Shown here piece by piece: positions 38,798-48,382 of a stretch of 64,000 nt of DNA. The notes under the pieces were generated by a model. That model did no database searches and was not told the origin of the DNA. It worked only from the letters and a program-made list of their open reading frames with translations. The position numbers and the translations under genes are program-made. The stretch covers positions 78,951 to 142,950 of the forward strand of contig CALXEW010000002.1 of assembly GCA_944387435.1 (NCBI GenBank), read 5' to 3'. This stretch comes from an uncultured Clostridia bacterium. Lineage in GTDB: Bacteria > Bacillota > Clostridia > TANB77 > CAG-508. Position 1 is the stretch's first letter, and the number at the start of each line of letters is the position of its first letter.

Positions 38798-39148
38798 CTA
38801 ACTATCATCTACACTATCCATTATTTCTTTACATTCTTTCCAATTGACAACCTCTAAACACTCATATTCTTCTGATAATTTTTTTACTATTTCTTTTGTT
38901 GAATCTTTAGATTTTAAGTCTGTTACTATTATATTTTTTACATAATCGTCTCTTCCATATAATAACTTAAATAGTGCAGACCTTAGAAAACCTTCTATTT
39001 TATCCTCCTGATTTTTCACTGCTATTATTACATATATTCCATCTGATTTAAAATTTGTATATGTACTTAAATATATTATGTTTTTTATTATCTCAAACAA
39101 ACCATAAAGTGCTAATGTCCAAAATATTACATTCATTATAAACTCCAT
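38798..39148 (-). CDS. hypothetical small membrane protein
   Basis: AGGTGG RBS before ATG 39148. One N-terminal TM helix. Confidence 0.4.
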   Translation of the reverse strand: MEFIMNVIFWTLALYGLFEIIKNIIYLSTYTNFKSDGIYVIIAVKNQEDKIEGFLRSALFKLLYGRDDYVKNIIVTDLKSKDSTKEIVKKLSEEYECLEVVNWKECKEIMDSVDDS

Positions 39149-39223
39149 TTTTACCACCTATGATTATTATATTCATCTTCCACTTTTTTGACACAACTTT
39201 CTCTATAAATTTAATTAAACTAT

Positions 39224-39251
39224 TGACATTTATAATATAATACTATATAAT
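39224..39251 (+). promoter_or_regulatory. sigma-A type promoter
   Basis: TTGACA (39224-39229), 16-nt spacer, TATAAT (39246-39251). Confidence 0.55.
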
Positions 39252-39288
39252 ATTATTATATTAAAGATGTCTTTCAATTGGAAGTTTT

Positions 39289-39319
39289 AAAAGCTAGGTA
39301 ATGCCGTACCTAGCTTTTT
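39289..39319 (+). terminator. intrinsic terminator / attenuator about 40-60 nt downstream of the promoter
   Basis: AGCTAGGTA atgccg TACCTAGCT + TTTTT. Confidence 0.55.
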
Positions 39320-39664
39320 AGTTTAGCTATTTGCTTAACTCCTTTATAATTAAGTAAATTAAAAGAAGTTTTAATAGCTTTCTCATGTCTTCCAACTGGA
39401 AGTTCACCTCCTCTCCTATTGGAAGGCAGGTGCTTAAATATTATAATTCATTGTCTGCACCGTGAGTCGTAATTTAAGCTAACCTCATGTTACCATAATA
39501 ATGCATTCGGATACGGTATCACTGATTTTAAACTTGTTGGCTTTTCTAAAGCTTTAAGAGTATCTATTTTAGATTTATTTGACAATATTCATTGATAATT
39601 ATAACAAATCATTATATAATTTATTTATCTAAGTAATTGGCATTCAAACTAGAAGGGATTTCTT

Positions 39665-39832
39665 ATGTCCAATTATTCTCACAAGACGGGTATCATCTAC
39701 CTCGATTTCGTCGGAATTAGTAAAGATGGTGCATATGTGTACCACAATCCTACGCTTGATTCATCTAAGACTAAACCGAAAAATGATGATGCCAAAACTA
39801 TCTTTGAAGAAGTTTTTGGAAAGAAAAAATAA
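39665..39832 (+). CDS. small hypothetical protein (55 aa)
   Basis: GAAGGGA RBS 7 nt before ATG. MSNYSHKTGIIYLDFVGISKDGAYVYHNPTLDSSKTKPKNDDAKTIFEEVFGKKK. Locally higher GC and followed by a terminator. Confidence 0.45.
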   Translation: MSNYSHKTGIIYLDFVGISKDGAYVYHNPTLDSSKTKPKNDDAKTIFEEVFGKKK

Positions 39833-39853
39833 TCTTTTAGATCGAGTGCCAAA

Positions 39854-39886
39854 AGAGAAGCTAAGGGTATTCGCTTCTCTTTTTTT
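39854..39886. terminator. bidirectional intrinsic terminator (small ORF on +, rplQ on -)
   Basis: AGAGAAGC-loop-GCTTCTCT with A-run upstream and T-run downstream. Confidence 0.6.
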
Positions 39887-39942
39887 AAACAAAATAAAAA
39901 AACTAAGTAAATATTTTTACCTAGTCTTTTTATCTCTTTCAA

Positions 39943-40470
39943 TTATATTAATTGTAATATTGCAACTTCTGCTCCGTCTCCTCTTCTAGGACCAGCTTTA
40001 ACGATACGTGTATATCCACCTACGTTTTTACCAGCATATTTTGGAGCTATTTCACCAAATAATTTTGATGGTAAATCTATTTGATTTCCTTTTTCATCTT
40101 TAACTTTGTTTAAAATTTTCATCATTTTTCTTCTAGCATTTAATCTAGATGGCATATCTTTTTGTCTCTTTTCAGTTGTTGTTTCTTTTACAACTTTAAG
40201 ATATTCTTTACCATTTTTACTTTTAACTAATTCTGTTTCTTTATTTCCTTTAGAATCTAGTTTAGCTTTTACAACTTTAACATCTACCATTTCGAAATTA
40301 TCTTTTTCTTTTATTGCTAAAGCTATAATACTATCAGCAATTGCTTTAACTTCTTTAGCTCTAGGTAATGTTGTTTCAACTTTACCATGCATAATAAGGT
40401 CAGTTGTTAATGTTCTAAGCATAGCCATTCTTATGTCTGTTGTTCTTCCTAACTTTCTATTAGTTGCCAA
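39943..40470 (-). CDS. rplQ: 50S ribosomal protein L17 with an internal Lys-rich insertion of about 55 aa
   Basis: N-terminus (M)ATNRKLGRTTDIRMAMLRTLTTDL and C-terminus GGYTRIVKAGPRRGDGAEVAILQLI are canonical L17. RBS spacing favours the TTG start at 40470. Confidence 0.85.
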   Translation of the reverse strand: MATNRKLGRTTDIRMAMLRTLTTDLIMHGKVETTLPRAKEVKAIADSIIALAIKEKDNFEMVDVKVVKAKLDSKGNKETELVKSKNGKEYLKVVKETTTEKRQKDMPSRLNARRKMMKILNKVKDEKGNQIDLPSKLFGEIAPKYAGKNVGGYTRIVKAGPRRGDGAEVAILQLI

Positions 40471-40494
40471 TTCTTTCACCTTCCTTTATTTCTA

Positions 40495-41442
40495 TTATTC
40501 GTCTTCTTTAGCAAAATCTAATCCTAATGAGTGTAATTTTGCTGTTACTTCTTCTAATGATTTCTTTCCAAGGTTTCTTACCTTCATCATTTCATTTTCT
40601 GTTTTATTTGTTAAATCTTCAACTGTTCCGATTCCAGCTCTCTTTAAACAGTTAAATGACCTTACAGATAATTCTAGTTCTTCAATTGTCATTTCTAAGA
40701 CCTTTTCTTTCTTAGATTCTTCTTTCTCTATCATAATTTGCGTGTTTTTTGTTGCTTCTGATAAATCAATAAATAATTCTAAGTGTCCAGTCATAACTTT
40801 TGCTGCTAAGCTTAAAGCTTCATGAGCTTTTAAACTTCCATCTGTCCAAACTTCAATTATTAACTTATCATAATCTACCATTTGGCCAACTCTAGTATTT
40901 TCTACTTGATAATTTACCTTTTTAACAGGTGTATAAATTGAATCAATTGGAAGTACAGATATATCTTGATTTGGTTTCTTATTCTTTTCTGAAGAATTAT
41001 AACCTCTTCCTCTATCAGCTGTCATTTCCATTTTTAAACTTCCACCTTCAGAAACTGTTGCTATATGTAATTCTGGATTCAATATTTCAACCGTACCATC
41101 TGTAATAATGTCTGCTGCTAAAACTTCTCCTTCACCCTTTTTATCTATTCTTAATATTTTTTCTTCATTATCATCAAATTTTAATCTTACATTTTTTAAA
41201 TTAAGAATAATATCAGGTACATCTTCTACTACATTATCAATGTCTGAAAATTCATGTAAAACCCCATCAATTTTCACACTTGTTATGCTACAGCCTGGAA
41301 GAGATGAAAGTAAAATTCTTCTTAATGAATTTCCTATTGTTACTCCATAACCTCTTTCTAATGGTTCGCATACAAATTTTGCATAATTATTTGTATCATC
41401 TACCTCTAGACATTCAATATTTGGCTTTTCAAATTCTATCAT
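40495..41442 (-). CDS. rpoA: DNA-directed RNA polymerase alpha subunit
   Basis: 315 aa. [14 protein letters not shown] and C-terminal [15 protein letters not shown] motifs. Confidence 0.95.
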   Translation of the reverse strand: MIEFEKPNIECLEVDDTNNYAKFVCEPLERGYGVTIGNSLRRILLSSLPGCSITSVKIDGVLHEFSDIDNVVEDVPDIILNLKNVRLKFDDNEEKILRIDKKGEGEVLAADIITDGTVEILNPELHIATVSEGGSLKMEMTADRGRGYNSSEKNKKPNQDISVLPIDSIYTPVKKVNYQVENTRVGQMVDYDKLIIEVWTDGSLKAHEALSLAAKVMTGHLELFIDLSEATKNTQIMIEKEESKKEKVLEMTIEELELSVRSFNCLKRAGIGTVEDLTNKTENEMMKVRNLGKKSLEEVTAKLHSLGLDFAKEDE

Positions 41443-41540
41443 TTTTACCTCCTAATATTCGAGATTATATCTCAAACTCTTTACAATCTTCATAGGTTTC
41501 TTTTGTAAAATCATTACAATTCCTATGAAACCTTCATAAA

Positions 41541-42170
41541 TTAATTTCTTGAGTAAAGCTCTACTATTAAATGTTCTTCAATTGGAATATCAATATCTTC
41601 TCTAGACGCTAATCTTAATACTTTACCACTCATTTTTTCATTATCTTTTTCTAACCAAGCTGGAACTGGTCTCTTAGCAGATTCTTCAATATTTGCTTTT
41701 ATTGTTGCATTATCATTTCTGTTTTCTCTTACTGTAATCACATCTCCTGGTTTTACTAAATAAGATGGAATATCTACTTTTTGACCATTTACTTCAAATT
41801 GAGCATGATTAACAAATTGTCTTGCTTGTGCTCTTGATGTTCCAAATCCTAATCTATAAACAACATTATCTAATCTACTTTCTAATATTTGTAACAATTC
41901 TTCACCTGTTACACCTTTTTTACTAGAAGCCATTTCGAAATATTTTCTGAATTGTTTCTCTCCAACTCCGTAATATGCTTTAGTTTTTTGTTTTTCTCTT
42001 AACTGTGTTCCGTATTCAGAAAGTTTTGCTCTTCTTTGTCCATGTTCTCCTGGCGCATAATTTCTTCTTGAAATACTACATTTGTCAGAATAACATCTAT
42101 CACCTTTTAAGAACAATTTTTGTCCTTCTCTACGGCATCTACGACATTGTTCATCTTTATATCTTGCCAT
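41541..42170 (-). CDS. rpsD: 30S ribosomal protein S4
   Basis: [16 protein letters not shown]..., S4 domain. Position in the alpha operon. Confidence 0.95.
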   Translation of the reverse strand: MARYKDEQCRRCRREGQKLFLKGDRCYSDKCSISRRNYAPGEHGQRRAKLSEYGTQLREKQKTKAYYGVGEKQFRKYFEMASSKKGVTGEELLQILESRLDNVVYRLGFGTSRAQARQFVNHAQFEVNGQKVDIPSYLVKPGDVITVRENRNDNATIKANIEESAKRPVPAWLEKDNEKMSGKVLRLASREDIDIPIEEHLIVELYSRN

Positions 42171-42275
42171 TTTTATACTCCTTTCTTTTTTTATGACAAG
42201 GGCTCTTCTCTTACCCTTTATTTCTATCTTTTTAAAACATTTATTTTAATCTAATACTTACAAAAAAATCATTTT

Positions 42276-42326
42276 AAAGTATACAAAAATCATAAAGGAT
42301 TTTTGCATTAATCATCTGTAGCACTC
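42276..42326 (-). repeat. copy 3 of the ribosomal-operon spacer element
   Basis: Minus strand: GAGTGCTACAGATGATTAATGCAAAAATCCTTTATGATTTTTGTATACTTT. Homologous to 47912-47958 and 50603-50640. Confidence 0.55.
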
Positions 42327-42363
42327 AAAAATTTGCAATAGAAATTTTTTCGTTAACATCTGA

Positions 42364-42759
42364 TTAAACTCTTCTTCTTTTTGGTGGTCTGCAACCATTG
42401 TGTGGTATTGGTGTTACGTCTTTGATTGCACTTATTTCTAAACCAGCTGTTTGAAGTGAACGAATTGCTGCTTCTCTTCCTGAACCTGGTCCTTTAACAA
42501 ATACTTCAACAGATTTCAAACCATGTTCCATTGCTATTTTAGCTGCTGTTTCAGCAACTTGACCTGCCGCAAATGGTGTGCTTTTCCTAGAACCTTTATA
42601 TCCTAATTCTCCAGCACTTCCCCATGAGATAGTATTTCCTTGAGTATCTGTTATTGTAACTATTGTATTGTTAAAACTAGAATGAATATGAGCTGCACCT
42701 TTTTCAATGTTTTTTCTATTTCTTCTAGCTACTTTTTTTGTTGTTACATTTTTAGCCAT
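42364..42759 (-). CDS. rpsK: 30S ribosomal protein S11
   Basis: 131 aa. [15 protein letters not shown] and [12 protein letters not shown] motifs. Confidence 0.95.
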   Translation of the reverse strand: MAKNVTTKKVARRNRKNIEKGAAHIHSSFNNTIVTITDTQGNTISWGSAGELGYKGSRKSTPFAAGQVAETAAKIAMEHGLKSVEVFVKGPGSGREAAIRSLQTAGLEISAIKDVTPIPHNGCRPPKRRRV

Positions 42760-42817
42760 TTCGCTTTTTCCTCCTTGTTCAAAATTATTTTATATTTTGA
42801 AATTCTTTTACTACTTA

Positions 42818-43186
42818 TTATTTTTTACTTTTGCTTACTAGTTTTCTAGGACCTTTTCTTGTTCTAGCATTTGTTTTAGTTCTTTGTCCTCTAACTGGTA
42901 AACCTCTTCTATGTCTTAATCCTCTATAGCATCCAATTTCTGTTAATCTCTTGATGTTTAATGCTACTTCTCTTCTTAAGTCACCTTCAACAACATAAGA
43001 TTCGTCCATTACTCTTCTTATATCATTTACTTGGTCATCAGTTAAATCTTTAACTCTGATATCTGGATCTACTCCAGCTTTTTCAAGAATTTTTCTAGAA
43101 CTTGATACTCCTATACCATAAATATATGTAAGTCCTATTTCTACTCTTTTTTCCTTAGGTAAGTCTATTCCTGCTATACGAGCCAT
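42818..43186 (-). CDS. rpsM: 30S ribosomal protein S13
   Basis: [36 protein letters not shown] before ATG 43186. Confidence 0.95.
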   Translation of the reverse strand: MARIAGIDLPKEKRVEIGLTYIYGIGVSSSRKILEKAGVDPDIRVKDLTDDQVNDIRRVMDESYVVEGDLRREVALNIKRLTEIGCYRGLRHRRGLPVRGQRTKTNARTRKGPRKLVSKSKK

Positions 43187-43388
43187 ATTTTTTTGCACCT
43201 CCAAAATTTTTTGTTTCGTTTGTCCTAAAGTAACTTAAAAAGTGAAATGCTACTAGTGTTTACCCTAGTACAGTTTAAGTCCTTTTAGACATATATATAA
43301 ACACAAACTAGATAATGTAATTTAAAGACTTTTAATTTTCTTTAAATTCACAGCCGCTACCTCATTTGTGTTATTAACTATTTAGGAA

Positions 43389-43502
43389 TTAACCTTGTCT
43401 TTGCTTGTGTTTAGGGTTTTCACAAATTACTCTAATAACCCCTTTTCTTTTTATAACTTTGCATTTATCGCAAATTGGCTTTACTGATGGTCTTACTTTC
43501 AT
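43389..43502 (-). CDS. rpmJ: 50S ribosomal protein L36
   Basis: Translated by hand: [37 protein letters not shown]. Below the ORF-track cutoff. Confidence 0.9.
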   Translation of the reverse strand: MKVRPSVKPICDKCKVIKRKGVIRVICENPKHKQRQG

Positions 43503-43564
43503 TTTTATAGCACCTCCTTGGCTTTGCTTTATATATATCTTCTTTTTTGGGTTAATCTAATTTA

Positions 43565-43783
43565 TTATTTTGCTCTCCAAGTAATTCTTCCCCTTGTTAA
43601 ATCATAAGGTGAAAGTTCTACTTTTACTTTATCACCTGGTAATATTTTTATATAATTCATTCTCAATTTACCAGATATATGAGCAAGTATTTGATGTCCG
43701 TTTTGTAATTCTACTTTAAATACTGTATTTGGTAAGGCTTCTACTACCTTTCCTTCAACTTCAATTACATCTTCTTTTGCCAA
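43565..43783 (-). CDS. infA: translation initiation factor IF-1
   Basis: [53 protein letters not shown]. Confidence 0.95.
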   Translation of the reverse strand: MAKEDVIEVEGKVVEALPNTVFKVELQNGHQILAHISGKLRMNYIKILPGDKVKVELSPYDLTRGRITWRAK

Positions 43784-43871
43784 TTCATTTACCTCCTATT
43801 TTTAAGAGTTTTTACATTTTTATGCAAAATTTGGCTATTGTGCATAATAACTACTATATTATACATCATGA

Positions 43872-44642
43872 TTATAGAATTGTCAAGATTTCTGGGTCTT
43901 TTTCTGTAATTAAAATTGTATTTTCATAATGTGCTGCTAAACTTCCATCTTCTGTTATAATTGTCCATCCATCATCGAGCTCTAATATGTTTGGTTTTCC
44001 TTGAATTACCATAGGTTCTATTGCTAAAGTCATACCAGGTTCTAATCTTATTCCTCTTCCTGCTTTTCCATAGTTTGGTATCCCTGGGTCTTCATGCATT
44101 TCTCTTCCTATTCCATGTCCTTGGAATTCTCTTACAACAGAATATCCTTGAGAACGTACATATTCTCCTATCGCATGACACACATCACCTATTCTATATC
44201 CAGGTTTTGCATACTTGATTCCTTCAAAAAATGCTTGTTTAGTAACTTCTACTAATCTTTTCGCATCTTTTGATACATTACCTATCATAAATGTTCTTGC
44301 TGCATCCCCATTAAATCCATTTTTAAGTGCTACAGTATCTACACTTACAATATCTCCTTCTCTTATAACTCTATGTTTTGAAGGAATACCATGAATAACT
44401 TCATCATTAATAGATATACAAATAGATGCTGGAAATGGTGGTACACCTTTTATTCCAGAAGGATATCCTTTTTCAGCAGGAAGCGCACCTTCTCTTCTTA
44501 TTATCTTTTCTGCTAAGACATCAACATCCCATGTTGTCATACCTGGCTTTATTTTTTCTTCCAATTCTTTATACATGACAGCGACCACACGACAAGCTTC
44601 TCTCATGTATTCTATCTCCCTTTTTGATTTAATTGTTACCAA
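43872..44642 (-). CDS. map: type I methionine aminopeptidase
   Basis: 256 aa. Metal ligand motifs DIVSVD, GDAARTF, GHGIG, LAIEP, AHYENT. Confidence 0.9.
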   Translation of the reverse strand: MVTIKSKREIEYMREACRVVAVMYKELEEKIKPGMTTWDVDVLAEKIIRREGALPAEKGYPSGIKGVPPFPASICISINDEVIHGIPSKHRVIREGDIVSVDTVALKNGFNGDAARTFMIGNVSKDAKRLVEVTKQAFFEGIKYAKPGYRIGDVCHAIGEYVRSQGYSVVREFQGHGIGREMHEDPGIPNYGKAGRGIRLEPGMTLAIEPMVIQGKPNILELDDGWTIITEDGSLAAHYENTILITEKDPEILTIL

Positions 44643-44654
44643 TTCGATCGTCTC

Positions 44655-45323
44655 CTATTTTTCTTCTTTAATAAAATTTAAAACATCTTCAGCAACGTCT
44701 TTCCCAAGTTTATTTATTGATTTACTAACTATAGCTGAATATAAATTACCCTTTTTCTCATAATATTCAACTAATGGACTAGTTTGTTCTATATAACTAT
44801 TAAATCTTGCTTTTACAGTTTCTTCATTATCGTCTTTTCTTTGTATTAATTTAGAACCACATTTATCACAAATTCCTTCTTGTTTTGGTGGATTTAATAC
44901 TAAATTATATACTGTTTTACAATCTTGGTTTGAACAAATTCTTCTATTCACAATTCTTTCTATTATTTCTTCTTCTGGTGTTGTTAGATTTATTACTAAA
45001 TCAACTTTTTTACCTTTTTTATCTAATAATTTATCTAATTCTTCTGCCTGTTTTACTGTTCTTGGGAAACCATCTAGTATAATTCCGGCTTGAACATCAT
45101 CATCTTCTAATCTATTTTCTACTAATCCTATTGTAACATCATCTGGAACTAGCTCTCCTTTTGATATATAACTCTCTGCTAATTTTCCAAGTTCTGTTTG
45201 TTCTTGTATATGTTTTCTAAAAATATCTCCTGTTGATACTTGTGGTATACCTAATCTTTCTTTTAATATACCAGCTATAGTTCCTTTTCCTGTTCCTGGT
45301 GCTCCTAACATAATAATTACCAT
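44655..45323 (-). CDS. adk: adenylate kinase (zinc-lid type)
   Basis: GAPGTGKGT P-loop. Lid CSNQDC...CDKCG. Confidence 0.9.
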   Translation of the reverse strand: MVIIMLGAPGTGKGTIAGILKERLGIPQVSTGDIFRKHIQEQTELGKLAESYISKGELVPDDVTIGLVENRLEDDDVQAGIILDGFPRTVKQAEELDKLLDKKGKKVDLVINLTTPEEEIIERIVNRRICSNQDCKTVYNLVLNPPKQEGICDKCGSKLIQRKDDNEETVKARFNSYIEQTSPLVEYYEKKGNLYSAIVSKSINKLGKDVAEDVLNFIKEEK

Positions 45324-45436
45324 TATTTAAACACTCCTCTACTTTTGTTTTTAAGATTATTTCTTAATAATCTTTATCATGTCTATTATCTAAACTTTAT
45401 AACAAACATGATAAAAATTATTATTACAAAGATTTT

Positions 45437-45467
45437 GGGACGTCTTTTTCATAATAAAATCCGTCCC
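45437..45467 (-). repeat. GGGACG / CGTCCC hairpin just after the secY stop
   Basis: Minus strand: TGGGACGGATTTTATTATGAAAAAGACGTCCCAAAA. Confidence 0.5.
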
Positions 45468-45474
45468 ATATATT

Positions 45475-46794
45475 TTACTCTAAAAATCCTTTGTAATGTC
45501 TCATTGCTAATTGAGATTCTAATTGTTGAACAGTTTCTAATGCAACACCTACAACGATTAATATAGATGTACCACCAAATGCAATATTTAAGTTTGTAAA
45601 TCTTAGAAGCATTGGGATAATTGCTATCAATGCTAAGAAGAATCCTCCAAACCATGTTAATTTTGATATTATTGATGACAAATAATCTGTTGTTGGTTTT
45701 CCTGCTCTTATTCCTGGGATAAACCCACCATTTTTCTTAATGTTGTTTGATACTTCTGCTGGATTGAATGTAGCATAAGTATAGAAAAATGTGAATCCCA
45801 AAATTAATAATAAATATACTAGTGCATTTGCTACAGAATACCCAATTGGTACATTTGAAGTTGATGTAGCAATTGAGAAATTATATAGCCCTGCTAAAAA
45901 TCCTGTTTGAGTTGCTATATCTGGTACAAATATTTGAATTATCATAGCTGGGAATGTCATAAAGCTACTTGCAAAGATAACTGGCATAACACCTGCCATA
46001 GCAAGTTTTAATGGAATATGTGTGCTTTGTGCACCCATCATTTTTCTTCCAACTACCTTTTTAGAATATTGTACAGGTACTCTTCTTTCCGCTTGTTGTA
46101 CGAATACAACACCTGCAACTAAAATAATTGCTCCTACTATAATTCCTATAGCTAATAATAATCCTGTTGTACTAAATCCAGCATCTGTCATAATTAAGCT
46201 CCATAGTGTAGTTATTCCACTTGGTAATCCTGAAATAATACCTATAAAAATTAACAATGAAATTCCATTTCCGATTCCTTTTGCTGTAATTTGTTCTCCA
46301 AGCCACATTAGTATTGCTGTACCAGTAACTAAACCTGCTACTACTAATACTCCTGTTAAGAAACTATTATCAACAAATATTCCAGATGATTGATAAGATA
46401 AATAAATTCCTATACCTTCAACCAATGCAAGTACTATTGTAAGTATTTTTGTATATCTATTTATCTTTCTTCTTCCTTCTTCTCCACCTTCTTTAGTTAA
46501 TTTTTCCAAAGAAGGAATAATCATTGCTAATAATTGAATTACGATAGAAGCTGTGATATATGGACTAATTGACATTGCAAAAACAGAAAATCTTGAGAAC
46601 GCACCTCCTGAAATCATATCAATTAATCCTGCAATTCCATTAGTATTGCTCATTGCATCATTTAAAGCTATACTATCAACTCCTGGTACTGTTATATAAC
46701 ATCCAAATCTAAATACAACAATTAACACTAAAGTATATAATAATCTTTTTCTAACATCAGGTGTTTTTAACGCATTTCTTATTGTTTTAAACAA
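45475..46794 (-). CDS. secY: preprotein translocase subunit SecY
   Basis: 439 aa, 10 TM segments, conserved SecY N-terminus and GISLLIF motif. Confidence 0.95.
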   Translation of the reverse strand: MFKTIRNALKTPDVRKRLLYTLVLIVVFRFGCYITVPGVDSIALNDAMSNTNGIAGLIDMISGGAFSRFSVFAMSISPYITASIVIQLLAMIIPSLEKLTKEGGEEGRRKINRYTKILTIVLALVEGIGIYLSYQSSGIFVDNSFLTGVLVVAGLVTGTAILMWLGEQITAKGIGNGISLLIFIGIISGLPSGITTLWSLIMTDAGFSTTGLLLAIGIIVGAIILVAGVVFVQQAERRVPVQYSKKVVGRKMMGAQSTHIPLKLAMAGVMPVIFASSFMTFPAMIIQIFVPDIATQTGFLAGLYNFSIATSTSNVPIGYSVANALVYLLLILGFTFFYTYATFNPAEVSNNIKKNGGFIPGIRAGKPTTDYLSSIISKLTWFGGFFLALIAIIPMLLRFTNLNIAFGGTSILIVVGVALETVQQLESQLAMRHYKGFLE

Positions 46795-47229
46795 CTAAAT
46801 CACCTCAGCCTTTCCGCCTAAAGCTTCGATTTCTTCTTTTGCCTTTGCTGTAAATCTTTTGGCTTTAACATTTACTTTTTTATCTAATTTTCCTGTTGCT
46901 AAAACAACAATACCATCATTGATTTTTCCAATAATTCCTTCTTCTAATAAACTTTCAGCAGTAATATCTGTATTTTTAGCTTTGCTAAGCATTTTTAATG
47001 TTACTTCTGTATAAGTTTTAGCGTGAACATTGTTAAATCCTCTTTTTGGTAATCTTCTAAATAATGGAGTTTGACCACCTTCGAATCCACGTCTTACTCC
47101 TCCGCCGCTTCTAGATTTTTGTCCTTTTTGTCCTCTTGCTGATGTTTTTCCATTTCCTGAACCTATTCCACGACCTACTCTATTTCTTTTTACTTTTTTT
47201 ACAGCTGGTTTTAATTCGTCTATTTTCAT
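46795..47229 (-). CDS. rplO: 50S ribosomal protein L15
   Basis: [26 protein letters not shown] motif. Confidence 0.95.
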   Translation of the reverse strand: MKIDELKPAVKKVKRNRVGRGIGSGNGKTSARGQKGQKSRSGGGVRRGFEGGQTPLFRRLPKRGFNNVHAKTYTEVTLKMLSKAKNTDITAESLLEEGIIGKINDGIVVLATGKLDKKVNVKAKRFTAKAKEEIEALGGKAEVI

Positions 47230-47284
47230 TTATGGCTTGCACCTCCTTCTTTAAATTAGCAAGGAAATTCAATTCCTTAAAAAA

Positions 47285-47806
47285 TTATAAAATTTCTTCT
47301 ACTTTTTTACCTCTTTTTTTAGCTACTTGTTCGATTGTCATCATTGATTTTAATCCTTCTAGTGTAGCATAAACAACGTTTCTTGGATTATTTGTTCCAA
47401 TAACTTTTGTTCTGATATTTCTATATCCTGCTAATTCTAGAACTGGTCTTACACTTCCTCCAGCTATAAGTCCAGTACCTAATTCAGCTGGTTTTAATAA
47501 AACTTTTGCACTTCCAAAAGTTCCTACATATTCATGTGGTACTGTTGTTTCAACAATAGGTACAGTAACTAAGTTCTTTTTAGCTTCTTGAATAGCTTTT
47601 CTTATAGCATCTGGAACTTCTGCTGCTTTACCATTTCCTACACCTACATGACCATTTTCGTCGCCAACAACTACAACTGCACTAAATCTAAAAGTTCTAC
47701 CACCTTTTACAACTTTAGCAACTCTATTAATTGCAACAACTTTTTCTTTTAATTCATTTTTTTCTTCCATAGGTCCTAGTTTATCCTCCTTTTTTGATAA
47801 TCTCAT
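47285..47806 (-). CDS. rpsE: 30S ribosomal protein S5
   Basis: [27 protein letters not shown] motif. The exact start is uncertain (ATG 47806 or 47770). Confidence 0.9.
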   Translation of the reverse strand: MRLSKKEDKLGPMEEKNELKEKVVAINRVAKVVKGGRTFRFSAVVVVGDENGHVGVGNGKAAEVPDAIRKAIQEAKKNLVTVPIVETTVPHEYVGTFGSAKVLLKPAELGTGLIAGGSVRPVLELAGYRNIRTKVIGTNNPRNVVYATLEGLKSMMTIEQVAKKRGKKVEEIL

Positions 47807-47911
47807 TATATCCTTATATTTAATTAATTACAATCTTTTTTAATTAATTATTTTAAATTTAAGAATTTAAAGCTATACTTTTATATTAGTAATTGACTTA
47901 CTAAGAAGTCC

Positions 47912-47958
47912 AAGGTATACAAACGCTTATGCGTTTGCATCTAGTATCTGTAGCTCAC
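47912..47958 (-). repeat. copy 1 of the ribosomal-operon spacer element (in the 168-nt rplR-rpsE spacer)
   Basis: Minus strand: GTGAGCTACAGATACTAGATGCAAACGCATAAGCGTTTGTATACCTT. Confidence 0.55.
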
Positions 47959-47974
47959 TTCGTTCGCACATCTA

Positions 47975-48334
47975 CTAGAATTTCAATCCACCTTCTCTTG
48001 CTGCTTCAGCTAATTCTTTTACTACTCCATGATAGATATATCCACCACGATCAAAAACAACTGTTTCAATTTTTTTGTCTAGAGCTTTTTTAGCAATTAA
48101 AGCTCCTAATTCTTTAGCTGCTTCTTTGTTTGCACGTTTATTTTTAACGTCTTTATCTAATGTAGAAACAGATACTAAAGTATTTCCAGCAACATCATCG
48201 ATTACTTGCACATATAAGTTTGTATTACTTCTATATACACATAATCTTGGTCTTTCAGCTGTTCCAGATATTTTTCTTCTTACTCTTAGATGTCTTCTTG
48301 CTCTTTCCATTTTTCTATCTGTCTTTTTAACCAT
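47975..48334 (-). CDS. rplR: 50S ribosomal protein L18
   Basis: [18 protein letters not shown]...[10 protein letters not shown]. Confidence 0.95.
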   Translation of the reverse strand: MVKKTDRKMERARRHLRVRRKISGTAERPRLCVYRSNTNLYVQVIDDVAGNTLVSVSTLDKDVKNKRANKEAAKELGALIAKKALDKKIETVVFDRGGYIYHGVVKELAEAAREGGLKF

Positions 48335-48382
48335 CTCTATTACTCCTTTCTTTACGTAATATTAATTTCGAATAATTAAATT

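Noticed and set aside
39697-39989. ORFs 39697-39942 (-) and 39726-39989 (+) from the track
   Set aside because: Neither has an RBS, and both run through the bidirectional terminator at 39854-39886. The shorter plus-strand ORF 39665-39832 has an RBS, coding-like composition and ends before the terminator.
40106-40825. 239-aa plus-strand ORF, and similar long antisense ORFs (for example 19782-20492, 10567-11007, 29785-30198, 54764-55228, 46022-46393, 2900-3265, 18732-19094)
   Set aside because: They lie opposite strongly supported genes (rplQ/rpoA, mgtA, feoB, spoVT, rplD, secY, surface protein). They have Leu/Phe/Ser/Ile-rich low-complexity translations, no RBS and no recognisable motifs. They are shadow ORFs of AT-rich DNA.
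47230-47284. A hidden rpmD (L30) gene between rpsE and rplO
   Set aside because: The gap is 55 nt and contains only the rplO RBS. No frame can encode a protein of about 60 aa.
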